The position numbers and the translations under genes are program-made. Below the pieces are notes generated by a model that was not told the origin of the DNA, did no database searches, and worked only from the letters and a program-made list of their open reading frames with translations. This document shows positions 10,004 through 18,882 of a stretch of DNA of 64,000 bases, piece after piece (position 1 is the stretch's first letter; each line of letters begins with the position of its first letter). The DNA comes from Polyangiaceae bacterium (GTDB taxonomy: Bacteria; Myxococcota_A; Polyangia; Polyangiales; Polyangiaceae): NCBI GenBank assembly GCA_050287085.1, contig JBNKBE010000018.1, forward strand, positions 67,864 through 131,863, in the 5' to 3' direction.

Positions 10004-10770
10004 CACCGTCCGCTTTCCGCGCCGGCTTCCGGCGCCACGTAGTATTGATCCAGAAAGCTCTGAGCTCGGACGATTCGCCGCTTGGCCGTCGCCAAAGAGC
10101 AATCGCAGAGACTCGCCACATCTTCGAGACGATGGCGTTCCACATGGCGCAGAGTCCAGGCGACCCGTTCATCCGGCGCCAGCAGACGCAGCAGTCCGTA
10201 GAGTTGAGCCAGCTCTGCTCGCAGCTCGGGCCCCGCATCCGGCGAGGCGACGCCATCCATCTCCACCGGTTCGACCGCACTCAAGCCCAGGCCGCGCAAG
10301 ACCCGCCTGCGGCGGAAACGAGTACGAACGAGTCGAACGATGATCGTGCCAAGCCAAGCACGGAAGGCCCGCGGCTCCCGCAAACGCGACAGCTCCTGGT
10401 GCGCCTTGAGAAACGCGTCGTGGACCAAGTCCTCTGCGTCGAGCCGGCTACCCTGCAAGCGCACAACCATAGAAAACGCGAAGTCGGCGTGAGTCCGATA
10501 CAGCTGCTCGAAGGCTTGGAGCGTTCCCGAGAGCGCTTGATTCACCCAGAGTTCGTCCTGCAAGCGCTCCGCGCTCGGAGCCGCTGGCACGCGCTCCGCC
10601 GCTGGCACGCGCTCCGCCGCTGGTATGCGCTCCGCCGCTGGTATGCGCTCCGCTCTGGACACGGGAGCCTGCTCCGAGTCAAACTCGCCCGCTACCGCGG
10701 CGCCCTCGACCGAGTTCGAATCGACATGCGTCTTGGAGACAACTAGGCGCAGGGCGGGCAACTGGGACAT
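10003..10770 (-). CDS. ECF-family RNA polymerase sigma-70 factor
   Basis: AFEQLY, DAEDLVHDAFL and FRAWL (region 2); SLATAKRRIVRA (region 4). Confidence 0.92.
   Translation of the reverse strand: MSQLPALRLVVSKTHVDSNSVEGAAVAGEFDSEQAPVSRAERIPAAERIPAAERVPAAERVPAAPSAERLQDELWVNQALSGTLQAFEQLYRTHADFAFSMVVRLQGSRLDAEDLVHDAFLKAHQELSRLREPRAFRAWLGTIIVRLVRTRFRRRRVLRGLGLSAVEPVEMDGVASPDAGPELRAELAQLYGLLRLLAPDERVAWTLRHVERHRLEDVASLCDCSLATAKRRIVRAQSFLDQYYVAPEAGAESGR
10581..10652. repeat. 4 x 18-bp in-frame tandem repeat encoding AER(I/V)PA in the sigma factor N-terminus
   Basis: ccgctggcacgcgctccg twice, then ccgctggtatgcgctccg twice. Confidence 0.95.
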
Positions 10771-10969
10771 CGACTACGGAGCTTGGGGGGATCGGGGGTT
10801 GGACGCAATCGCTGGTGCTTTCGGCTCATGGCGAGGGCGCTGCGCAAATCCTCGACCTATCAGCCAACCAAAGAACGAATACGGTTGAGCCGAAAACGCT
10901 CATCGGTGCATCTAGCCGACATCCGGTGAGATCCGGGCAGAACAGGGATCATCCCAGGAGAACAAGTAA

Positions 10970-11188
10970 ATGAAGATTGTTGCAATTATTTCCGCCGTTT
11001 CCGTAGCTTTCGCCGTTGCCTGTGGTGGCAGCACCCCCGAGGCTGAGACGCCCGCAGACGAGTCGGCAGCAACCGAAGAAGCTCCCGCAGAAGAAGCTGC
11101 TGAAGAGGCAGCTGAGGAAGCTCCGGCTGAGGAAGCTGCTGAGGAAGCTGCTCCGGCTGAGGAAGCTGCTGAAGAGAGCGCAGAGTAA
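10970..11188 (+). CDS. Small acidic Glu/Ala-rich lipoprotein (72 aa)
   Basis: SD AGGAG; signal peptide with lipobox AVA-C; mature part is EEAA/EEAP low-complexity sequence. Confidence 0.85.
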   Translation: MKIVAIISAVSVAFAVACGGSTPEAETPADESAATEEAPAEEAAEEAAEEAPAEEAAEEAAPAEEAAEESAE

Positions 11189-11262
11189 TAGAGCCATTAG
11201 GCCAAGCTCGCCGATGATTGGCGAGTCGCTCGTCGGACAGGGATCTCTGCTCGACGAGCCCA

Positions 11263-11300
11263 GGAAAGGCGTTCCACTCGGGGCGCCTTTCCCCGTTTGT
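11263..11300 (+). terminator. Probable intrinsic terminator
   Basis: Hairpin ggaaaggcgttcc-actc-ggggcgcctttcc followed by ccgtttgt, between convergent genes. Confidence 0.65.
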
Positions 11301-11357
11301 GGGGCTGGCTCGGCTATGTGGGGCTGGCTTGGCTTGTGGGGCTGGCTTTGGAAGGTA

Positions 11358-12863
11358 TCAGCGAGGCGGTGGCGGTGGCGGTGGCGTTGGGGCCACCGAG
11401 TCGCGATTCACTTTGAGCGATAGGCGTGTTCTGCCGACCAATAGCTGATCACCATCCCGGAGCTCATATTCACCTTCTATTCTCACAAACAAGCCCGAGC
11501 GAGAGCCCAAGTCGGTGAGCACGATCGTTCCGGCTTGCTCGTCCACCACACAGTGTTGTTCGTCCACCAGCGGATCATTGGCGAATACGAGATCCCCCAC
11601 CGCGGAACCAATCTGCAGCGTATGCCCACGAGCCACCGCGCAAGCTCCAATCGCACCGCCCTCCAACAATTGGGTGATGCGAAAAGAAGAGGACCACTTG
11701 GGCGACGAATAGAAGTAGGTAGGCGCAGGATCTGGACCATCTCGCGGCTCCGGATTGCGATCCACCCGCAGTAGCTGATCGCCAACGATGAACTCCGCAC
11801 CGTGTTCCACTTCAATCGGAGTTCTGATGCGGAGAAAGACGCCGTTGCCCCCCTCGAGATCTTCCAGAAATAGGCGGCCACTGCGCAGCGTAATGACCGC
11901 CTCCTCGGGATGACAGAAGCGCTCGCCATCCAGCTGAATGTGTCCGGCTGAACCGATGATCGCGACGTCCGTCGTCACGCTATAGCGTGCTGGCCCGCCG
12001 CTAAGACTGCGCATGACCGACAACCCATAGAGCTCTTTGGGCGGCGGGGGTTGAACGGACGGCTCGGCTTTTTTCTGCGCCGCCAGTTCGGGGGGAGGCT
12101 CCACACGCCGCTCCGCATTCCCTTCCTGCCCACGAGAAGGGGCATTGAGCGACGGTCCATTGAGCGGTGGGCTGCGCCGGTGCAGGGTTTCATTCGCACG
12201 GCGACGCCCGACTTTGATGCGCTTGACGATGTCGTCCTTCGGCGGGTCGAGCAGCTCCTCCATGCCACCTATGGCACGCCCAGCAATGACCTCATCGAAG
12301 CGCCCCTCTCGCAGCGCGAGCACCATCTCCATGTGCTGCGCTTTCATGAGATTGCGCACGAAGTCTCCGATGCCATCTCCCTCGCGTTCGATGGCCTCGG
12401 CGTAGAAGCGCTTATGACTCTTGATCACCCGTCCGCCGTCCGCGAACAGATGGGTGATGATGTGGGGCGCGTCCAGGCCCGAGTCCTCGGTCTGGACATG
12501 AAAGACCTGACCGTGGCTCTTGATGTTGTTGTTGAAGCCCATCTGGGCTCGGCGGAAGTTCGGGCGACGAGTTCCAGCGTCCAACTCCCGCAGACGCGCC
12601 TCATCGTAATAAGCGATGGCCTCCAGCAAAGGACGATGTTGGCCAGCTATGCCTTCCATGCGCTCAAACGCGCACTGAGCCTCTATGGAACTCGGATCGA
12701 CCCGCAGCGCGGCGGCTAGCAGTTCCTGTCCCTCCGGGTCGTTCGGGCCATTCGCCGCCCAAGCCGCCAGCAGCAACACCGCTTCGTCCGGGCGCTGGTG
12801 CTCCACAAGCCAGTCGGCGATACGCCGCGCCCTGGCGCGATTTGCCACCACCGTCTCACTCAT
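11358..12863 (-). CDS. Protein with two C-terminal FHA domains
   Basis: DLEGGNGVF and DLGSRSGLF FHA motifs, each followed by G(D/R)xxL; N-terminal GFNNNIK...FHVQTEDSG domain. Confidence 0.8.
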   Translation of the reverse strand: MSETVVANRARARRIADWLVEHQRPDEAVLLLAAWAANGPNDPEGQELLAAALRVDPSSIEAQCAFERMEGIAGQHRPLLEAIAYYDEARLRELDAGTRRPNFRRAQMGFNNNIKSHGQVFHVQTEDSGLDAPHIITHLFADGGRVIKSHKRFYAEAIEREGDGIGDFVRNLMKAQHMEMVLALREGRFDEVIAGRAIGGMEELLDPPKDDIVKRIKVGRRRANETLHRRSPPLNGPSLNAPSRGQEGNAERRVEPPPELAAQKKAEPSVQPPPPKELYGLSVMRSLSGGPARYSVTTDVAIIGSAGHIQLDGERFCHPEEAVITLRSGRLFLEDLEGGNGVFLRIRTPIEVEHGAEFIVGDQLLRVDRNPEPRDGPDPAPTYFYSSPKWSSSFRITQLLEGGAIGACAVARGHTLQIGSAVGDLVFANDPLVDEQHCVVDEQAGTIVLTDLGSRSGLFVRIEGEYELRDGDQLLVGRTRLSLKVNRDSVAPTPPPPPPPR

Positions 12864-13062
12864 TGCTTCCCATCATTTCCGTTCAGTGCAGCCAAGGCAA
12901 GGCATTTTGCCATCGCCTCCGGGAAGACGCCGCGCCTCAATCCCAAATTCGTTCGCGGCGAGCGGGCAACGCGCGCTGCAACAAGTTCCGAATTCACCGA
13001 GCGCCAAAAACCCGATGCCTCCTGCAAAGCCGCGCCCAGTCCCGACGTCATGCAGGCCGGTC

Positions 13063-15081
13063 TCAATCGGTGTAGCGCGTGTTCTCCAATAGAATAACGT
13101 TGGTGCGGGAACGCGTCTCCCCGGCGCTCGTGACGTATACGGCAGGTTGGTCGACCACAGGACACACGTGCTCACAAGCACCGCAACCGATACAAAGGCT
13201 GGGGTCGACGTGAGGTCGCTTGACCGTCACCCGTTCCATCGCTGGCGACGCCCCGTCTTCTGGCGCGATGGCCGAACGTTTTGAGACTTCAACTTCTTCG
13301 ACCCAGATGGCCTTTGGTGAAGTCGGACAGAACTCCTCGCAAACGATGCAAGGCGTAGCCATGGCCCACGGAAGACACCTGCCGTGATCAAACATCGCAG
13401 TCCCGATCGAAACCGGACGACGGCCAAGTCCGAGTTTGGCGGCTTCATCGATCTTCGCGATCGCACCGGTGGGACATACTTGGCCACAAAGAACACACGA
13501 GTGCTCACAATAACCCACCCGTGGGATTAGAATTGGCGCCCACAACCCTTCTGGCCCGGCCTCGAAGAATCCGGGATGCAAAGCGTTGTTCGGACACACC
13601 TTCATGCACTCGGCGCAGCGAATACAACGCTCAAGAAATTCCTTCTCTTCGACGGCCCCAGGCGGTCGGATCACTCTCGGATGGTAGGCCCCCCCCGGCC
13701 AATTGGAGATCCGCATCCCGGGGATAGCCACGATGGCCGCCGCTGTGGTGGCCAAAGTTGTGCGCCGGCTGAGGGACGGCTTTTCGCGCCGGCTCCGTTT
13801 CGTGGGCAGGAAGCGAAACCGAATCACGTCCTCCGGACAAGCGTCTACGCAATTGAAGCACAGATGACACTCCGCCTGCTCATGCTTAACCCCTCCCTGC
13901 GGGTTGTCCGCGCCCTGGCAGTGGAGCAAGCATAGGTTGCAGTCCGTACACTTCTCGTGCTGCTTTTCCATTCCCAACAACGAGAACCGCGACAGCACAC
14001 CTAGCAGCCCGCCCAGGGGACATAACGCGCGACACCAGAAGCGCGGAACGACTCGATTGAGCGCCAGGACCAAGACGAAGGTCGAGAGCACGAACCACGC
14101 GTGATGAAAGTGGTGGGGATTCGGACCAAATACGGCGTCTGCCAGTTGATCGGAGGCCCAATCCCCGGTGCGCTGCACTACTCCGATATTGCTCGCCGCC
14201 AACTCGAAACTGAACGCTGCAGCCGCATACTGAGCAAGCGGCATTACTGACAGCCCAATCGACCGCACGGCAACGCACATAGGATCGAGCGCGCCCCCGA
14301 TGGCACTGCCCACGAGCGCCGCAGCCAGGGAGCCCCACAATACGTAGTACTTGAGAGCCTGCCACCCTTGTGTCTGATTGATCGCCACTCGTCGTTTGGA
14401 GCGGATGTAACGAGAAGGCGCTAGCCAAGCGGTAACATGATGTAGGGTTCCGAAAGGGCAGATCCAACCGCAGAACGCACGCCCAACGAGCAGCGTAAGA
14501 GCGAGTATGCCCAGACTCCACGCGAGGCCCCGATAGACACTGTGTGTCGAAAGCAGAGTAATGGCCGCAATGTAGGGATCGGCAAGGATGAAAGCCTCAA
14601 CCGGATAGCGCATACGCACCGCGGCACTACCGTCGAAGGCGCCACGAAACGTAGTGGCTACCAAGAGCCAGACAAAGAGCCCCAAGAAGAAAGCCTGACT
14701 GATGCGCCGAAGCCAGACCAACTGACGCGCGGACCGCTGTCTCTGAGTGCGCGTAGCTGGCGGCGCGAAGAAGCGCTGAAAGCGATCCCTCATATGCGAG
14801 AGACCTGAGCGCAATGCCACGAGACGCATCGCCCCAGCCTTGAACTCGGGCTGCGCTCGATCGCCCGTTTCGGCTGAGCCACGATTGGAACGTCGTCTTG
14901 CGACGGGTGACCAGGCCCAAACCGGCCCAGCCGCTTTGTGGGCACGGACGGCGGCGAGCTGAACAGCCTTGGCTTTGACGCGGAGCTCCACCCCAGGCGG
15001 CTCAGATACGTCGAGCCTGGGTACCGGCCCGGGTCGCGTCAACCAGGAAAGAGGTTCCGGAAGCATCAGACCACCGTCCAA
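13063..15081 (-). CDS. Membrane polyferredoxin (NapH/MauN-like membrane part plus NapG/MauM-like 4Fe-4S part); start uncertain
   Basis: CGWICP and CRALCP motifs, several TM helices, multiple CxxCxxCxxxCP clusters. Confidence 0.85.
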   Translation of the reverse strand: MDGGLMLPEPLSWLTRPGPVPRLDVSEPPGVELRVKAKAVQLAAVRAHKAAGPVWAWSPVARRRSNRGSAETGDRAQPEFKAGAMRLVALRSGLSHMRDRFQRFFAPPATRTQRQRSARQLVWLRRISQAFFLGLFVWLLVATTFRGAFDGSAAVRMRYPVEAFILADPYIAAITLLSTHSVYRGLAWSLGILALTLLVGRAFCGWICPFGTLHHVTAWLAPSRYIRSKRRVAINQTQGWQALKYYVLWGSLAAALVGSAIGGALDPMCVAVRSIGLSVMPLAQYAAAAFSFELAASNIGVVQRTGDWASDQLADAVFGPNPHHFHHAWFVLSTFVLVLALNRVVPRFWCRALCPLGGLLGVLSRFSLLGMEKQHEKCTDCNLCLLHCQGADNPQGGVKHEQAECHLCFNCVDACPEDVIRFRFLPTKRSRREKPSLSRRTTLATTAAAIVAIPGMRISNWPGGAYHPRVIRPPGAVEEKEFLERCIRCAECMKVCPNNALHPGFFEAGPEGLWAPILIPRVGYCEHSCVLCGQVCPTGAIAKIDEAAKLGLGRRPVSIGTAMFDHGRCLPWAMATPCIVCEEFCPTSPKAIWVEEVEVSKRSAIAPEDGASPAMERVTVKRPHVDPSLCIGCGACEHVCPVVDQPAVYVTSAGETRSRTNVILLENTRYTD

Positions 15082-16085
15082 CGCAAACGCGTATGATCGC
15101 TCACTCCGAGCCCTCGCTGCTCAGCGAGACGCATATAGCCTACGGCTTCGGGTTTCACTCCGATCAGTTGACACGCGTAGGCGTCGGCTGCGACCTGATC
15201 GACAGAAGCAACCACTTGATGCATCGCACGTGCGTCGTCCAAGTTTCCGCCCTGCGGTCCGTTTCGCACCAACACGCGGGTGGCATCCAGCACCGTCAAG
15301 GTGGGGCGCATGAACGTTGCCAAGTCGGCGATCGACACGTGAATATTCTGATGCAAGCGGTTGCGACGACCCCCAAGCAATCCGTACCAATTCTTCATCG
15401 CACCGGTGTAGGCGCACAGATTGTGCTGCTTCGCGACCGGTACGTTGATGACTTTGTCTGCCTCGAGCAAAGGCGTATAGACGGGCCAGCTATCGAGCAA
15501 CTCTCCCTGAATGCGGAGCTCGCGAAAACGATGCTGAGCCGGCAATACGACCTTTGCCCCTGCCTCGTGGGCGCTCTTCCAGATCCCGCTGCGAAGAAAC
15601 GACCGCCGCGCGTCGTTGCAAGACGCGTCCGTCACCACAACGTGGCGGGCGCCTGCGCTCACACACGCTTCGACCACGGCCCGGACGACCTCGGGGTTGG
15701 TATTGGCCGCATGGACCGGCAAACGGTCCCAACCGATGTTCGGTTTGATTGCCACCACGTCTCCCGGCGCGACGAAGCGCTCCATGCCGCCGAGAGCCGC
15801 CAGGGCCAGCCGAACGAGTTCCGCAGGAGATTCGCTGGAGGTCGCCACGGCAAGCTCGACGGGCAAGTCCGCACGCTTGGCCGCCGTGAAGTCGCGAACC
15901 TGCTGCACCCCCGAGTCCCGCGCCTGTTGCCCGCCTGCATCAAAACGCAGCGCCGCAAGCGCCCCGGCCCCGCCCAATATGCACGTGGCTCGGGCGATGC
16001 GCACCAGCGCGTCTCGCCTCGCGACGATCTCGGAAGACTCCTTTGGGGGCAGACGCACGCCACGCCACCTTTTCAAGGTCTGCAT
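15066..16085 (-). CDS. DUF362 family protein
   Basis: VAIKPNIGW, TNPEVV, INVPVAKQH, GAMKNWYG and DQVAADAY motifs. Confidence 0.88.
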   Translation of the reverse strand: MQTLKRWRGVRLPPKESSEIVARRDALVRIARATCILGGAGALAALRFDAGGQQARDSGVQQVRDFTAAKRADLPVELAVATSSESPAELVRLALAALGGMERFVAPGDVVAIKPNIGWDRLPVHAANTNPEVVRAVVEACVSAGARHVVVTDASCNDARRSFLRSGIWKSAHEAGAKVVLPAQHRFRELRIQGELLDSWPVYTPLLEADKVINVPVAKQHNLCAYTGAMKNWYGLLGGRRNRLHQNIHVSIADLATFMRPTLTVLDATRVLVRNGPQGGNLDDARAMHQVVASVDQVAADAYACQLIGVKPEAVGYMRLAEQRGLGVSDHTRLRWTVV

Positions 16086-16254
16086 TCACCGGTCAAGTGC
16101 TGTGTCTTCGCCCGCGCTCGAAGCGCCGTGCTGGATTCGGCCAGCGCCGGTCGCTTCACTGCGAACTCCGCCACAACTTCGTAGGCACTGAATGCACGAG
16201 CAGACTTGGACCCCGAGCGGCGATATCCGACCCAACAAAAAGCGAAACACACCC

Positions 16255-16283
16255 TTGATGCTCAGCGCATCGGGTATTAGTTT
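16255..16283 (+). promoter_or_regulatory. Putative sigma70 promoter for rpmE
   Basis: TTGATG - 17 nt - TAGTTT, about 35 nt upstream of the ATG. Confidence 0.5.
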
Positions 16284-16318
16284 CCCGCCTCCCTCGCTCT
16301 CGCGCGGAAAGTGGCACC

Positions 16319-16525
16319 ATGAAACCGGAAACCCATCCCAAGTACGAAGTCGTCGACGCGCGCTGCGCCTGCGGCAGCAAGTTTTCCACGCGTTCTACGC
16401 TTTGCTCCGAGCTAACTGTCGATATTTGCTCGGAGTGCCATCCGTTCTACACAGGCAAGCAGCGCCTCGTGGACACGGCCGGTCGCATTGAGCGCTTCCG
16501 CAAGAAGTTCAATCTGCCGACCTAG
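16319..16525 (+). CDS. rpmE: 50S ribosomal protein L31, Zn-binding (C+) type
   Basis: MKPETHPKY...CACG...[26 protein letters not shown]. Confidence 0.97.
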   Translation: MKPETHPKYEVVDARCACGSKFSTRSTLCSELTVDICSECHPFYTGKQRLVDTAGRIERFRKKFNLPT

Positions 16526-16618
16526 CACCAAGAGGGAACCGGCTTTCGAAGCGTCACAGGCTGCGAGCATCATCCGGGTGCCTGCCGCCGACGCCGCAGA
16601 AATGAAAGTCCAGGTTCC

Positions 16619-16650
16619 AGAGGGCAATTCGTTGGAGTTGCCCTCTTTCC
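16619..16650 (+). terminator. Probable intrinsic terminator after rpmE
   Basis: Hairpin agagggcaattc-gttg-gagttgccctct followed by ttcc. Confidence 0.6.
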
Positions 16651-16829
16651 GCAGCATGTGCTGCATCAGCCGTCCAGCATCGAGCCGACTCCGGCGCGGG
16701 CTGAGACGGCTTTGTGCGTTTCGCCGCGTTGCCCCTCACAACCTACCTATCGGCCCCCAGAGCCCGTGTGGTGTGCTGTTCAGACAGTTTGAGGCGGCCG
16801 CTCTGAAAACCAGATAAGCTGAGCATCCG

Positions 16830-17903
16830 ATGATCCCCGTCGAAAAACTCGAAGCCTTGAGCCGCCGGCAGGCAGAGCTCGAGCAGCTAATGTGCGATCC
16901 CGGCGTGATCGCCAATCCCAAGAAGCTCCAAGACATGAATCGCGAGCGGCAGCACCTGCTTCCGATCGCACAGGCGTTTGAACGCTGGCAAGACTTGAGC
17001 AAACAGATCGCCGACGACCGCGCCGCGCTCGATGACCCCGAGCTCGGCGAGCTCGCCGCCGAGGAGCTCCCCGAGCTAGAGCGCTCCCAGGCCGACCTGG
17101 AGCGAGAAATCCAGTTCCTCCTGCTGCCGAAGGACCCCAACGACGGCAAGAACGTTGTGCTCGAGATCCGAGCGGGGACCGGTGGCGAGGAAGCTGCACT
17201 ATTCGCCGCGGATCTGTTTCGAATGTATGCTCGCTACGCGGAATCAAGACGTTGGAAGCTGGAGATCTTGAGCAGCAGCGAAGCTGCCGCAGGTGGCTAT
17301 AAGGAAGTGATCGCGCTGGTTTCGGGTGACCGTGCCTATTCGGGCCTCAAGTTCGAAAGCGGCGTCCACCGAGTGCAGCGCGTTCCTGCGACCGAGGCGC
17401 AAGGCCGGGTACATACATCAACGGCTACCGTTGCGGTGATGCCGGAGGCGGAGGATATCGAACTCGAGATCCCCGACAAGGATCTACGCTTCGACATCGC
17501 GATGGCGGGGGGCCCCGGTGGACAGGGCGTCAACACGACTTATAGCGCCGTGCAGGTGACTCACCTACCAACGGGCATGATCGTCAAGTGTCAGGACGAG
17601 CGCAGTCAAATCAAGAACAAGGCTCGAGCTCTCAAAGTACTCAAGAGTCGACTGCTGGCATTGGAGCAGCAGAAGGCTGCAGACGAAGCCCGTGACGAAC
17701 GACGCGGTATGGTGGGCAGCGGTGAACGTTCTGAAAAGATCAGGACGTACAACTTCCCGCAGAATCGCATCACCGACCATCGCATTGGGCTGACGCTGCA
17801 CCGACTGGATCAAGTTATCCAGGGTGACTTGGAAGAACTGATCGCAGCGGTTGTCTCCTCGTACCAGGCAGAGCAGTTGCGAGGTCACGAAAAGGACTTC
17901 TGA
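16830..17903 (+). CDS. prfA: Peptide chain release factor 1
   Basis: GTGGEEAALF; HRVQRVPATE (PxT motif specific to RF1); GGPGGQGVN; IRTYNFPQNRITDHR. Confidence 0.97.
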   Translation: MIPVEKLEALSRRQAELEQLMCDPGVIANPKKLQDMNRERQHLLPIAQAFERWQDLSKQIADDRAALDDPELGELAAEELPELERSQADLEREIQFLLLPKDPNDGKNVVLEIRAGTGGEEAALFAADLFRMYARYAESRRWKLEILSSSEAAAGGYKEVIALVSGDRAYSGLKFESGVHRVQRVPATEAQGRVHTSTATVAVMPEAEDIELEIPDKDLRFDIAMAGGPGGQGVNTTYSAVQVTHLPTGMIVKCQDERSQIKNKARALKVLKSRLLALEQQKAADEARDERRGMVGSGERSEKIRTYNFPQNRITDHRIGLTLHRLDQVIQGDLEELIAAVVSSYQAEQLRGHEKDF

Positions 17904-18340
17904 TGACGAGCGGGGGCGAAGCAAACGCAGACGCAGCGGGTGTGGCTCATCTGAGTCCTGATGCTGTATTGTGCGCCTTGGTACTGCTACCCACCGCACT
18001 TTCCAGAAACCGATTCTTCGCGCTATACGAGGACCCGGCGCTGCGCCGGGTCCGTAAGCGCGCCGCTCGCCTGCGAGCGCTTATCCGACAGATTCTGGGA
18101 CAGGGACGCGAGCCCGCCCAAATCGTGGGAGAACAGGAAGTCGATGATCGCGTGCTGCTGCGCATGCAGATCCCGTCGCTCGGCTACCGCCGGACGACCT
18201 CACTCACGGTCCTGGAAGCGTCGATCTTGCGCTACGCGCTTTCACGCAAGCGCGGCGACCCACTGCGCGGTCAAGACCGTGCTCGCGTAGAAAGGGCGCT
18301 CGGTCATTGGGGTGCGACCCTGGGCGCCGCGGCCGTTTAG
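17903..18340 (+). CDS. Hypothetical protein translationally coupled to prfA
   Basis: TGATG overlap at 17901-17905; 145-aa ORF containing LSRNRFFALY. Confidence 0.7.
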   Translation: MTSGGEANADAAGVAHLSPDAVLCALVLLPTALSRNRFFALYEDPALRRVRKRAARLRALIRQILGQGREPAQIVGEQEVDDRVLLRMQIPSLGYRRTTSLTVLEASILRYALSRKRGDPLRGQDRARVERALGHWGATLGAAAV

Positions 18341-18386
18341 GGGGAGCGCTCGGGTGGGCACAGTCTGAACCGCTCCGCCCCGGCAC

Positions 18387-18860
18387 TTGTCCCGACAGCC
18401 GGATGCGACCACGCTCCCGGCGTGGCGTGGGTACACAGCCGGCCCAAGAGACTGCTATGCCAGCAACGTGAGAAGCAAGGCCACAGCGATATTCGCAATT
18501 GTCGTCTGCAGCGCCGCGGCCTGCGGCGGGACGCCCCGCGGCGGAAACGCCACCCACCCTCGAGACGTCCCTTCGCAAGCCGTCCCAAGCGAAGAGCCCA
18601 GCGAGTCGTTGCTGCTTGAGGGTGATCCCGCACCTCCAAGCGAAGAGCCCCAGGTGACGGCCACCACCTGTGACGGATCGATGTGCAACCCCTGTGGCGA
18701 CGCCCTTTGCCCCACCGGCTTTCTGTGCGAGGAGGCCCAGTCGAGCTGCATGTGGTTACCCCAATGCGGGGAGTCCCCCTCGTGTGCCTGCGTGAAGCAG
18801 CAATTGCCAGACTGCAGCTGCAACGAACGTCAGGGGCAACCCATCATCCGCTGCGAGTAG
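18387..18860 (+). CDS. Cys-rich lipoprotein (start likely GTG near 18468)
   Basis: Lipobox AAA-C; Cys-rich C-terminal half. Confidence 0.65.
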   Translation: MSRQPDATTLPAWRGYTAGPRDCYASNVRSKATAIFAIVVCSAAACGGTPRGGNATHPRDVPSQAVPSEEPSESLLLEGDPAPPSEEPQVTATTCDGSMCNPCGDALCPTGFLCEEAQSSCMWLPQCGESPSCACVKQQLPDCSCNERQGQPIIRCE

Positions 18861-18882
18861 CTGCGTGCCGACGGGTTCCGGT

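Noticed and set aside
9357..10746. Long plus-strand ORFs of 328 and 395 aa, including RRWHAL repeats
   Set aside because: Antisense shadows of the sigma and anti-sigma genes, typical of high-GC DNA.
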